Shown here one piece after another: positions 52,715 to 63,809 of a stretch of 63,809 nt of DNA. Origin of the DNA: Sphaerodactylus townsendi (taxonomy: Eukaryota); assembly GCF_021028975.2 (NCBI RefSeq), contig NC_059429.1, positions 78,182,192 through 78,246,000 of the forward strand. The letters run 5' to 3'. Numbering within the stretch: position 1 is the stretch's first letter; each line of letters starts with the position of its first letter. Below the pieces are notes generated by a model. The model saw only the letters and a list, made by a program, of their open reading frames with translations. It had not been told where the DNA came from and did not search any database. The position numbers were made by a program, and so were the translations under genes.

Positions 52715-53495
52715 CCCAGAGAGGAGGGCAGAAGGGGCTGCTGGCTGGGAGTTCAGCTGGTGGGGGTGGGGGAGAGCGGGGCAGGGGAGTCTGCTGTCCC
52801 CGACCCTGGAGAGCTGCTTTTATAAGCACTGAGGACGGGGCAGGGCTTGGGGCAGAGTAAAAGTTTAATTTAAAAGTGCAGGTCTGTCTGAAGCAAGCAC
52901 TGTTTACCTTCAGAGTGAGGTATGCAGGCCTAGGAACAGGAGAAGCTACATGATTGGCTGTGGCATCCTGCACTCTGATTGGCCTGATGGCTAGACAATG
53001 AAGAGGGGGAGGAGGTTAACTTCCTGACAGAACATTATGGGAAGTTTTTAGACTTTAGAACTCCTAATGTTAAGATCTATCTGTCTTAGCTAAGCTCTTA
53101 ATGCAACAAGAGAAGGTAGTGGCAATCAGTGTGATTTTGGCCTGTCCTACCGTGTGACAGCCCTGGGTGCTGTGGTAGAAAACAAATATACACAGACTAT
53201 GAGAACTGGTGGTTAAGTTATTGAGGGCCCAGGCTTAGGGGCAGATATATAACCAGGAGAGGAATATATCTTCCAGGGGGAAAAGGGGGGGAATCCCTGA
53301 GACCAGTTAGTCTGTAGTATTAAGTTTTGTTTTTATTTTCCGCAAGAGAGTGTTTTATGTTATTTTGGGATATCTATCTGTGGGGGTGCTGAAGTAAATG
53401 TACCAAGCCCGATACAACCCAGAATTTACATCCGTTAGCCAGAATACCTAAGCAAACTGAGAACTAAGTAACTGTACCATCCTTAGAAAATCTAA

Positions 53496-54010
53496 GGCCG
53501 TTTCCGCACAAAGGCGGAATCGGCCGGGTCGGCATTTATGACATCGACCCGAAGACACTGGGACCGTTCGCATGGACGGTCCTGGGAACAGCCGGGCAGC
53601 CGGCGCCACGGAGCGCCGGCGCCCGGCCGACCCGGCATGTCCCCGGGCCTCTGGAGCGTCGCCGAGGCCTGGGGACACGCCCCCTGGCCCTGCGCGCCTG
53701 CTCCAGCGGCGCAGGACAGGGGGGCGTGTCCCCAGGCCTCGGCGACACGCCGGAGGCCCGGGGACAAGGTGAGTGCCGGGTGGGGGAGGCAGCGTGAAGC
53801 TGCTGCCGTTCGCTCGGCAGCGGCTTCACTGCGGCGTTTCCCAAAAAAGAGCGCTGGGAAGCGCTCTGGGGAAACGCCGGCTTCAGGCCGGGAGGGCGGC
53901 ACGAGGGTGGCGCGGCTGCGTTGCAGCTGCACCCCCTGTGCGAATGGAGGCCTGGAGACGGCGTTTTTACCGTCTCCAGGTCGCCATTCATTGCCCGTGC
54001 GGAAACGGCC
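53496..54010. mobile_element. Young PIF/Harbinger-type MITE
   Basis: Perfect 14-bp TIR ggccgtttccgcac / gtgcggaaacggcc, TAA TSD, intact CpGs. Confidence 0.9.
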
Positions 54011-54689
54011 TAAATTTACCATCTAAGCTTACTGAAACTGACCAAACTTATTTAAGCCTGTGCCTGAGAACAAATGCTGCTTATCTGCCAAGGTTCTCTT
54101 TTGTAAATATATATTTCTACTGCCTCCTCCATTCCTTCTACCCAGTTATTTATCTCCAATTCCATCTCCTCCCTGTTAAATAAATCTTTTATTCTTTGAA
54201 GTTATCTCTAAGGGATTTGCCAAGAAAAGTTTTTAAAGAACAGAATTCCTTCATCTTCTGGTAAGTATAACAGTGCTGAGGGAACGTACTTCATATCACC
54301 AACACTACCACATTAGAAGCAGCTCAGTCCCTGAAGTAAAAAAGGCAGGAAAAATCTGACCAGCCTGGTCAGAGAGTGGTTTCCCTGCTGGGGTGGTATT
54401 GGAAGGTATATGGAGTCTGTCTCATTCCTCCCTCCCCACTCCAGTTCTTCCATACTGCCTTGCACTTTGCACTCACCCTCCTATTGTGCTCCTGAACTAA
54501 TAAGTAGCTTCTCAAAAGACAGAAGAGAAAGAGGGAATCTCTCTCCCTTTGTACATATCTCCATTTCCAATTATGGTGGGCAATTGAACGTCAACCCTTA
54601 GCAGCTGCTGCCTTCTTCGGGCTTGGACGAAGTTCTCTCAAGCATTGAACAGCAATACTTTTTGTGATAAATGGAAGTCTTGAGGGTAC

Positions 54690-56880
54690 AATTGTGTCAT
54701 CAAAGTTCTGCACTATCATTGCCCTCTCAAATTAGATTCAAAGAGTATCCCAACATGGTACAACAACCTGGAGCACCACCATGGTCTTTAGTTACCTTCT
54801 CATGTTCTTTTTCAATGACCCTGCTGTCACCAGGTACTGTTATGTCGATGATGGTCACTTTCTTGTTCTCGATCACAGTGATGTTCGGTGTATTGTGTGT
54901 CAATATGTTGTCTGTTTGGATTCAATAGTCCCACAAGTGATTCGGTTACCTTTCTCAGAGTTCCAGTTGATAATCACAACCAGGTCTTTTCAATGTCCAC
55001 CTTGTTCTTGAACTTCTCCATGTAATGCTTTATTGTGCCAGCTTTCAGTCCTTGTTTTAATCACATTTTTTCTGTACTCCTGTTTGGTCCTCTGGGCTTT
55101 CAGTAATAGTCTTTTCTTCACTTCAATCAATGCCTGTTCTTGACTTTCTTTTACATAATCAGCCAACACATGATTCTCCTTTTCCACTGTTTGCTTTACT
55201 TGCAGTAATCCTCTGCCATCAGATCTCCAGGGAAGGAATAGTCTATCAGTATTTTCCTGATCTTCTGCGTATATTTTCCTGATCTTCTGCGTATATTCTC
55301 TGCTGACCACAGTCTTCACTTACCTATGCTTGATGTTATTCAGCTGCAAAATGCCCAGGTATTTATAGGCTTCCTTTTGGTTGCACTGGATTAGTTGGCC
55401 ATCAGGCATTTCGATGCCATCACTCTCAGTGACCTTGCCCCTTTTTATCTCCACAGTGGCTCACTTTTCCAAGCCAAACTCCATCAAAATGTCTGTGCTG
55501 AATATTCGGACTGTGTTCACTAGTGACTGGATTTCTGTGACTGATTTCCTGTAGAGCTTCAAATAATCCATGTACAGCAAATGTGAGATTTTTTCCAAGT
55601 CTTTGGCCATTTGATATCCCAACTTTATTTTCTTTAAAATTACTGTTAGTGAGATCATGGCAATGATAATTAATGATAATAAGGACAATAGTTAATCACC
55701 ATGGAAAATTCCTCGCTTGATATTGACTGTTCCATAGTTTTCATTTCCGACTGTCAGTTCAGTTTTCCATTATCTCATCACTTTTTCAGTGAAAACTCAA
55801 ATGTTTTTGCTGATACCAACTGTTTCCAAGCATTTCATGATCCAACTATGGGGCAGTGAGTCAAATGCCTTCTTGTAATTGATCCAGACCATATGCAAAT
55901 TCGTTTTTAGATTCTTGCAGTTCTCCATTATTATTTTGTCTATCAGGAGTTGATATTTTGTACCCCTGCTCCTCCTTTTGTTCCCTTATTGCTCCACTGG
56001 CAGGATGTTATTAGCTTCCAAGTAGTCCATGATGTTATCCGCTATTATGCCACTGAGCAGTTTGAAAATTGTAGGCCAACGTATTTATTTGTCTGTAGTT
56101 TCCACATGTTGTCCCTTTGACCAGACCTTTCTGAATTAAGTATGTCTTCCCAATTGTTAGCCATTAATTGATTTCATGATTTTGCATCGTTTCACTGAAC
56201 TGCTTGACCATGTTTGGGTGCAAACTGGTTAGGTATTTGAGCCAGAAGCTATGGAGTTGATCATATCCAGGTGCTGTCCAGTTTTTCACTTTCTTGATTT
56301 GATGTTTTATCATACCAGTTGTTATTTCCAGTTCTTGCATTTGTTTTTTTTTGCCAGCACCTTTCTCAAAAAAAAATTATCCAATGTGCCTTCCTGTTGT
56401 AATCCTTATTGTTTTCCCACAGATCTTTCCAAAACTGAAGTATTGCATTGTTTTTTGCTGGGTTTTTTTCTTTCAACATTCATCTTTGTGTTGAGGCTTT
56501 GGTAGAAATGCCTTTGGTCTGATTGAAATTGCTGATTTTGTCTGTACTGGATATTTCTTGCTTCGTATCTTTCAGTTTTTCTTACTGTGGCTGTTATTTG
56601 TTGTTTGGTGATCTCCAGTGCTTCTCCAATTGTTCTAGTGTCTAGCCAGTACCTTCTAATTAGTTCTTCCATAATCTTGCCATTCTCTAATCTTTGTTCC
56701 TTCATATTTTTCATGTTACTAGCATCTGATCTTAGTTTTTTAATCTTCTGTTCCAGTTGAATTTTCCACTTTGGTTTTTATGTTTGATTTATCTTGGGTT
56801 TAGGTATTTCAATGCCCAGTTCTCATGTGCCCACTACAGCCATACTGTATATGAGCTGGGATTTAATCCCTGATATCTTT
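54690..56880 (-). mobile_element. R4/Dong-clade non-LTR retrotransposon, decayed
   Basis: RT motifs ([35 protein letters not shown]), WHNKALHG, and a restriction-like endonuclease remnant; frameshifts and internal deletions. Confidence 0.85.
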
Positions 56881-57659
56881 CACATAGGAGATGATGTGAA
56901 AGACCACTGCCTGTGACTATGGAGAACTGGCATCAGTCAGAACAGAAAATATTAACCTTGATATACCAATGATCTGATTGTGTAAAAAGCAGCTTCATGT
57001 AGCTGTCATTTAAGAAAAATAGAAAAACAAAAATTCCTCTTTATCAAAAGACCTACATCTAATTATCCAGCAAAGCCTCTCTTGAGCTAGTAAGATTATG
57101 CAGAACACAAATTGTCAGTGATCTAGTGCCTCAAGTCTAAGGTATGTTAATATGGTTCAGGAATAACTTGCATCAACTATAGCAACATGTGCTATAGGAA
57201 GCAGAAATTCAGTACTAAATGGAGACCCAACTGAGACTGTAGCTAAGCAGCACTCCAGTTGTTGCTGTTGTTCAGAATTCATACTGTATAATAGACATCA
57301 ACTGATTTAACCACCATCTCCTCTCCCAGGGATCCCAGAGATATGAAGTTATCTATGTACACATAAGAGATCCCAAAGAGTGTTTTGAGTATCTTCAGCA
57401 ATATACAATTCCCAGGATTCTTTGGAAGAATGCAAACTAGTACAGAATTGACATAATTTTGAAATAGAGATATGCATGCCCTATGTCGTCTTCTGCTGTT
57501 GTTTTTGGGTTAATTTCAGTGGGTCATGAAAAAAGTCTCAGCTGCTTATCAGAGAATGGAAAAGCAGAAGAAATAGGAGCATCAGTTTATATCAGTAACT
57601 CCTTAACTGTTTACCTAGCAGTAAACCCAAGAAAAGTCTCCACCCGCATTTGGTCCATA

Positions 57660-57935
57660 GAAGAAGAGTTGGATTTATATCCCCCTTTCTCTCCTATAGG
57701 AGAGAACTCCTTACCCTCCCCCCCTCACAACAAACACCCCATGAGGTAGGTGGGGCTGAGAGAGCTCAGAATAATTGTGACTAGCCCAAGGTCACCCAGC
57801 TGGTGTGTGATGGAATGTACAGGCTAATCTGAACTCCCCAGATAAGCCTCCACAGCTCAGGAGGCAGAGTGGGGAATCAAACCCAGTTCCTCCAGATTAG
57901 AGTACATCTGCTCTTAACCACTACGCCACTGCTGC
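57660..57935 (-). mobile_element. tRNA-derived SINE (Squam3-like), near full length
   Basis: Minus strand gtggcgtagtggttaagagc...ggtttgattcccc, with a (ctt) tail. Confidence 0.85.
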
Positions 57936-58143
57936 TCCTTTATTATCCCTTTATTATCAGTCTAGTCCCTTTACTGATCGTCCCTTTACTATCAGTCTAT
58001 GGCAGTCCAAAACTTTCTGTCTGAATTCAAATCTTGGAGATACAGAACAGTGAAGATGTCTGGAGCTGGACTTTGCCAGCAGTCACAGTTGAAAACACAG
58101 CAGACATGAGAGCCTCAAGAATATATACAGACTGAGCACTTAC

Positions 58144-58220
58144 ATCAAAGGCTTCTCCAAGCGGCTTCCTGGAGATCCAACAATCTCACCCAGTGTGCAG
58201 AATGTCTGACCCAGGAAATC
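58144..58220 (-). CDS. CPNE5: Copine-5 coding exon, 77 nt, phase 0 to 2: DFLGQTFCTLGEIVGSPGSRLEKPL(M)
   Basis: ccttcatcag|GATTTCCTG...CCTTTGAT|gtaagt; GSPGSRLEKPL matches CPNE5 as I recall it. Confidence 0.96.
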
Positions 58221-58659
58221 CTGATGAAGGAAATTAATATGATCATTATGATGTAGTCATTTTCCACTGTCCAAGACTCCCTGGAAATTGGAGGTGAGAA
58301 ATTATCAATGTATCTCCATTGTTATTTCTGGAAGAATTCTGTCCATTCAGTCCCAATTCCCTGAAGCAAAAGTTGCAATACAATGCAAATAGTTCAGAGG
58401 GGCTGTGGATCAATGGTATAACATGTGGTCTATATCTACTGATTTTATTGTAGGTATATTTCATCTCATTATATGTGTTCCTGCTTCTTGATGGTATATT
58501 TACTGTAATAAGATTTATTTTGTTGTTTTTTGGCTTCATCTGTTATTTGTGGAATCTTTTAAGTCATCTGTTGAAGCAGCAAATAGTAATAATCATGCAT
58601 AGTAGTTAAATGCCTAAAATTAAGGCACTGTAAAAACAATTACAAGATAGAATTTATGC

Positions 58660-59044
58660 AGTGGATGGAATACAGCGTCCCAGGGACGCTAAAAACAGCG
58701 TCCCTGGGGAGGGGTTCACACGGCCGCCACTGCCGCATCGCGCAAAGCCGCTGTTTCTGGCTGGAAGGCACCATTTCCCCCCTTTCCCAAATGCCTTACC
58801 GTCCCTCTGACCTTCTGGCGCGTCGCCCAGGCCAGGGGACACGCCCCCCCTGCCCTGCGACGCCAGAGCTGTCGCGCAGGGCAGGGAGGCATGTCCCCTG
58901 GCCTGGACGATGCGCTGGAAGGTCAGAGGGATGGTAAGGCGTTCGGGCGATGGCACAGCCTCCGCGCAGGCTGCGCCGTCTTCCCCACCCCTACTGGTCA
59001 TATACACCGACGCACCCCCCGAACGTGGCCGTGCGGAAACAGCC
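58660..59044. mobile_element. PIF/Harbinger-type MITE lacking the left TIR
   Basis: Right TIR gtgcggaaacagcc followed by tta; left part homologous to 12185-12230. Confidence 0.75.
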
Positions 59045-59439
59045 TTACATTTTTTAAGAAGCATTTTTTATAAACTAGAGAAGCAGAAGGCCCAAAACTT
59101 CTAGAACTAGCTAAAATAAATTCATCTGAAGATTTTTTTTAACAGAATCAATTAAGCAAGTATCAGCTGGTAAAGAGTTCCATTGAAGAGGTACAATAAT
59201 ATAAAACAACGCTAAGATATAAGACAGGAAGGGGATGTAACAAGCAACGAGAACCAGAAGAGTACAAAGATAGAGGAGAAGACATATAGAGAAAGAGGTG
59301 AAAGTCCTGCAGAGAATGAACACATTTGAAGATAACTAGCAGAGCAATTCTAAACAGGTCAAACTGTCCTCAGCCCCTTGAATCTTGAACAGAATGAGAA
59401 AAGGAAAGCGAGCAGTAAAATGAAATAAAAAGTGAAGAA

Positions 59440-59720
59440 ATGAGACCTTATTGGCATGCTGAAAAAATTCAATGGGCAGCAGGAGAATGCAAAACAGTAA
59501 CAGGAGCCTTAAGGCAGAAGCGGGAAAGACTGGCTAAAAGAGCATTATGATAAATAAACCAGAATGAAATAAGAAAACAAGTCAAAGCATGAGCGGATTC
59601 AATAGGAAGAAAACAATGAATATTAACAGCATTTGGCAATTGAAAATGGCAAGACTTAACAAATGATGGAATATGTAAGGAAAAAGGAGAAGTATCTAAA
59701 AGTATAACGGAAGGGAAGGG
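59440..59720 (-). mobile_element. Old L2 LINE fragment
   Basis: ORF 59469-59726 resembles the decayed L2 RT C-terminus (VILD..SF..HI...KSC.F.L...FL...A..L...LIS...Y.N.LL..L). Confidence 0.5.
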
Positions 59721-59746
59721 GAGCAAGGAATGTGCTTTTGGCTTAC

Positions 59747-59786
59747 ATGTTTTGAAAGGTCAGGGCTCTTGGAGTCCACATCATAC
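59747..59786 (-). CDS. CPNE5: Copine-5 coding exon, 40 nt, phase 2 to 0: (L)YDVDSKSPDLSKH
   Basis: Found by reading the sequence (not in the ORF track): ...ccatactag|GTATGATGTGGACTCC...AAACAT|gtaagc; continues the frame; contains the C2 acidic DVD motif. Confidence 0.96.
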
Positions 59787-59954
59787 CTAGTATGGAAGAA
59801 AAGTAGAAATCAGGTTTTAGTCATGTAGGATCTTTGTATTTTCCCTATGCCCAACTTATGCTGAACCCAGCATGCCCTTGGCCTTTGATTCTGGTGTTTT
59901 TAAGTACTGATAGCCAAGTTCTGTTAATTCTCAGAGTCTCTTCCTTCTTGTTGA

Positions 59955-60548
59955 AATTTCAAACTTGTATCAAGGAGCATGAAAGACACTGTCAGCTTAA
60001 CATCCTGAAAAATCTGCAGTAGCAAAACATGCTCTAAACAAAAACTGGACATAACATTTTATTTGAAAACACTGAAATTCTGGATAACTCGGAACGTTGC
60101 TATGTCAGACTACACAGGGAGGCCATTGAAACCCACAAGCACCAAGAAAACTTCAACAAGGGTTAATGGACAATGGACTCCACCCAGACGCATGGTTTGC
60201 ATTCACTAAGAGTGTTGCTGCTGCAGGGAATGCAAATGGGAATCACTCCCTGGACTGAAAAACCTCACCCGAATTACCATGCAGTCAACCACATTTTTGC
60301 ATAGCAGTTCCACCCAAACACTTACTGATTGGTTCTCCACCCGGGGACATGGACAATATATGCCCCATTAAACTTTCCCTTCTCACTGGACACAGTGTAT
60401 AACAGACTTATCTCTGTGATATACCTCTGAAGATGCCAGCCACAGATGCAGGCGAAATGTTAAGAACAAGATCTACCAGACCACAGCCACACAGCCCGGA
60501 AAACCCACAACAACCAGTGGAATCTGGCCATGAAAGCCTTCAACGAAT
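59955..60548 (+). mobile_element. Penelope-like element 3' end (GIY-YIG endonuclease C-terminus plus terminal repeat)
   Basis: IKEHERHC..KSAVAKHAL..GHNILFENTEILD..RLHREAIE.HKH..NFNK across frameshifts. Confidence 0.88.
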
Positions 60549-60662
60549 TTCAATGTTTTTGCAAATATCAGAGAGGGCAATGTATTTAGTTATTCTTTAC
60601 ACAGATATTCTCTTTCTCCTATTCCCACCAATCTCTAGAATGCCCCAATTTGTGTCACTCAC

Positions 60663-60766
60663 AGATCAAAACGCAAATTTTGCTTCTCTTCAAAAAAGTA
60701 ATCGAGGATGAACTTGCGCACAAAATCAGGGTTCAAGGTGTTGTCAATGACTTCAGTCCTGCCAAA
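60663..60766 (-). CDS. CPNE5: Copine-5 coding exon (C2A), 104 nt, phase 0 to 2: [34 protein letters not shown](L)
   Basis: Translation matches the copine C2A domain; acceptor ccttctctttgcag and donor gtgagt on the minus strand. Confidence 0.96.
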
Positions 60767-61025
60767 CTGCAAAGAGAAGGAACAACAGTAAGAAATAGAA
60801 AGGGCCCAACATAATCTCAATTCATACCTTAAGGACTCTGACAAGATTAGTATTGTGCTTGTTTAAATTATGTATAGCATTACTTAACCTCTTCCATTCA
60901 GTCTTTAAATGTAGGCATACATTCTGCCCTTGTCAGGTGATAACAGGGATAAAGCAGGGATAATTCACTTACATTTTTAACAAACCTTTTTTTGCGATGA
61001 AGTTGTAACATTTGTACACATCGAC

Positions 61026-61027
<2 letters not shown>

Positions 61028-61097
<70 letters not shown>

Positions 61098-61100
61098 TAT
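61028..61100. repeat. (TTA)n microsatellite, tail or target of the R4/Dong element
   Basis: More than 20 units abutting the element's 3' UTR. Confidence 0.95.
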
Positions 61101-62122
61101 AATATTTCACAGCTGCCAGATCTTTAGCTGGTTGTTGGCCTTCATTACAATTCGAGCCTCACCCAGAGGCCTAGGAAGTTGTAATGTATCGGCGTAGTAT
61201 TCGTGCGGATCCCAGCAGGGCTGCCTTCTGAATTTGACAGATGTTAATTTTGTCAATTCAAAGATGTTTCAAGTGCTGCCCTAGTGTTTTTTTGGATGGC
61301 ACCCAGCGTGCACGAGCTATCACTGGGACGACCTCAGCTGGTTTGTGCCATAGACGCTGAAGCTCGATTTTCAAATCGCAGTATCTAGTGACCTTCTCGT
61401 GTTCTTTTTCAATGACCCTGCTATCACCGGGAACTGCTATGTCAATGATGGTCACTTTCTTGTTCTCAATCACGGTGATGTCTGGTGTATTGTGTTTCAA
61501 CACTTTGTCTGTTTGGATTCGAAAGTCCCACAGGATCTTGACCTTCTCATTTTCCATTACTTCCTCTGGACAATGTTCCTACCAGTTCTTGGCTGTTCTT
61601 ATGTTGTAATTCTTGCATAAATTCCAGTGGATCATCTTGGCCACTGAGTTGTGTCTCTGTACTCAGTCTGGACAATCTTTTTGCAGCAGCTGAGGACGTG
61701 ATCTACAGTTTTATCAGCTTCTTTGCACAATCTGCATTTTGCATCATCTGAGGATTTTTTTTATTTTGGCCTTGATCGAATTTGTTCGAATGGCTTGCTC
61801 TTGGGCGGCTAAAATCAGGGATTCAGTTTCCTTTTTCAGAGTTCCAGTTGTTAACTACAGCCAGGTCTTTTCGTTGTCCACCTTGTCTTTGATTTTCTCC
61901 AGAAATTGGCCATGCAGTGCTTTGTTGTGCCAGCTTTCAGTCCTCATTTTCTGTATTCTTGTTCGGTTTTCTGGGTTTGCAGCAAATATCTGTTCTTCAC
62001 TTCAATCAATGCCTGTTCTTGACTTTCCTTCACATAATCGGCCAGTGCATGCTTTTCCTCTTCCACTGTTTGCTGTACTTGCAGGAAGCCCCTACCTCCA
62101 GATCTCTGGGGAAGGTATAATC
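61101..62122 (-). mobile_element. R4/Dong-clade non-LTR retrotransposon, 3' end
   Basis: CCHC knuckle CRLCKEADKTVDHVLSCC; endonuclease region ILWDFRIQTD..HNTPDI..IIDIAVP..EK..RY.DL; C-terminus QKAALLGSARILRRYITTS*; runs into the gap. Confidence 0.92.
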
Positions 62123-62278
62123 NNNNNNNNNNNNNNNNNNNNNNNNNNNNNNNNNNNNNNNNNNNNNNNNNNNNNNNNNNNNNNNNNNNNNNNNNNNNNN
62201 NNNNNNNNNNNNNNNNNNNNNNNNNNNNNNNNNNNNNNNNNNNNNNNNNNNNNNNNNNNNNNNNNNNNNNNNNNNNNN
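62123..62278. other. Assembly gap (N run)
   Basis: 156 N. Confidence 1.
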
Positions 62279-63059
62279 CCAGAAGGTATTTTTACAACGT
62301 ATTTCCACAACATATGTTTCATACAACATACAAAAACTTCTACAGCTGTTACATTTTTTTATCTTATCCTTCCCCCAAGAAGCCCAGGATATTATATATG
62401 GTACTCCACCTCTTCCATTTTATCCTTTCAAAAACACTGAATTAGGCTGGGTTAAAGTGAATGGTCCAAAGTGCATCCAAGCAATCCTAAGTAGCGTTAC
62501 AGCCTTCTACATTCAGGGAATTCAGTGGACTTATACGGTTGGAACGCTGCTAAAGATGGAAGGTTCATTCAGGGGATATACTCTGTCGTTTGAAATAAAC
62601 TAAATACAGCTGCAAATGAAACTCTTGGAGAAAATGGGGAATGTGTAGATAGTTGAAAGATATAGATCTGACCTTTTCCAAGATAGCAAAGGGGGCGTGG
62701 AAGAAAAAAACTATTAACACAGAAGAAAGACAAAAGAATGAACACTGGAAAGGCTAAGATAAAAGATTCACCCTAAACACAGGAACCTACTGTAGGTGAA
62801 ACTGCCAATTTTTTGTTTGCATCATAAGGATGGTAGCAAAGGCAGCTGTCTTTACACAATGCAAGCCTATGGAGAGTTCATAAAGGCACTGTGATTAAGT
62901 CTCTAGGTGCATCAATTAAGCAGATGTTAGTTATATGCCATCAGTCCTTAGGGGGTTACAGAATAGCTGGGTGGACTTGCAAAGTCTTCCTGTCTGCAAC
63001 CAACAACCATGTTTAGAGGCTAAATTAATCTCATGACACAACCATGATGACCTTCTGTA

Positions 63060-63069
63060 CGCGCGCGCA

Positions 63070-63109
<40 letters not shown>

Positions 63110-63118
63110 GGGGGGGGG
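63060..63118. repeat. Compound (CG)(TG)n(AG)n(G)n microsatellite
   Basis: Read directly from the sequence. Confidence 0.95.
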
Positions 63119-63309
63119 CAGTAAAGGTTGTTTATTTTCCAGTACCATATAGAAGGGAACCTGTGTTAGGAACAAATCCAGCTCTCTGGAGCAAAAGGGA
63201 ATAGCTGTAATTCAGTGAGATATAGAGCTCCTTATGAGACAAAGGGGGAAAATGCAAAATATAGCCTCCTCACTGCCAAGAAGCCCCCATAATATGTTGG
63301 AGTGGAGAA

Positions 63310-63405
63310 ACAAATCCAGATCACCAGATAACAGTCTGCAGCTCATGTAGGGATCAAACCTAGTTTTCCAGATTAGAGTCCACTGATCTTAACCACTACA
63401 GCATG
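63310..63405 (-). mobile_element. tRNA-derived SINE, 5' fragment
   Basis: ccagattagagtccac...cttaaccactac shared with 44735-44767. Confidence 0.7.
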
Positions 63406-63737
63406 CTGGCGCTTGGAGCAAAATAAAATGAGGAAGAACTTAAAAATTCCAAGTCTGCACAAATCTCTAAAATAATCCAAATTATCTGTGGAGAATATAT
63501 CTTAGTGTTACAGTCCAATCGTCACCACAGTGCTATGGGGAGATTTGGCCAAAGCCATTCAACGTTCACTGAGTGGCCTTAGGCAAATCTCCTCAGAACA
63601 TTCTTCTGAAGATAAAATGAGATTACCTGTTCAGTGAGTGAGGATGGTTTTATTTCCTTGCCTTTAATTAGAAGAAACAACCCACCCCAATAAAGAAATG
63701 TCCCTTAGTTGCTGTTGAATTTTCATGCTATGATGAT

Positions 63738-63809
63738 GAAGAAGAAGAGTTTGGATTTATAATCCCCCTTTCTGTCATGTAAGGCAACTCAAAGGGGGTT
63801 TACAAACTC
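63738..63809 (-). mobile_element. tRNA-derived SINE, 3' end (cut by the window edge)
   Basis: gaagaagagtttggatttata...aaagggg.ttacaaactc matches 44490-44555. Confidence 0.8.

Noticed and set aside
53448-54183. Cluster of long overlapping ORFs
   Set aside because: Artefact of a GC-rich MITE poor in stop codons; no protein-like features.
57860-57935. tRNA gene
   Set aside because: The A/B boxes belong to the head of a SINE that has several copies in the window.
6826-60766. Assignment to CPNE8 or CPNE9
   Set aside because: The 60-nt linker exon and the [23 protein letters not shown] and [10 protein letters not shown] peptides fit CPNE5 better.
61739-62440. 233-aa plus-strand ORF
   Set aside because: Antisense to the R4 element and inflated by the N gap.

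Overview
Vertebrate genomic DNA, most likely a squamate. The repeat content points to a gecko, but that is inference. The window lies entirely inside one gene on the minus strand, copine-5 (CPNE5). Nine GT-AG exons (60766 down to 6826; 104+40+77+60+64+104+105+42+76 = 672 nt, 224 codons, all phases consistent) encode most of C2A, the CPNE5-specific linker and most of C2B. The 5' exons and the vWA domain lie outside the window. The ORF track misses several of these exons, and nearly all listed ORFs are spurious. The introns are dense with transposable elements: Penelope fragments carrying degenerate hammerhead-ribozyme motifs, two R4/Dong LINE fragments, L2 and CR1 relics, tRNA- and 5S-derived SINEs, hAT MITEs with 8-bp TSDs, PIF/Harbinger-type MITEs with 3-bp TSDs, and a Tigger1-like element holding nested insertions. 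There are three assembly gaps. The most notable observations are a symmetric 60-nt cassette-like exon followed by a YCAY (NOVA-type) cluster, two unexplained near-perfect hairpins at about 41.9-42.6 kb, short templated duplications bracketing exons, a sequence module shared between hAT and Harbinger MITEs, and a near-consensus RFX X-box. I found no evidence for a wholly new gene system. Repeat family names come from recalled consensus features, not from database searches, and many repeat boundaries are approximate.
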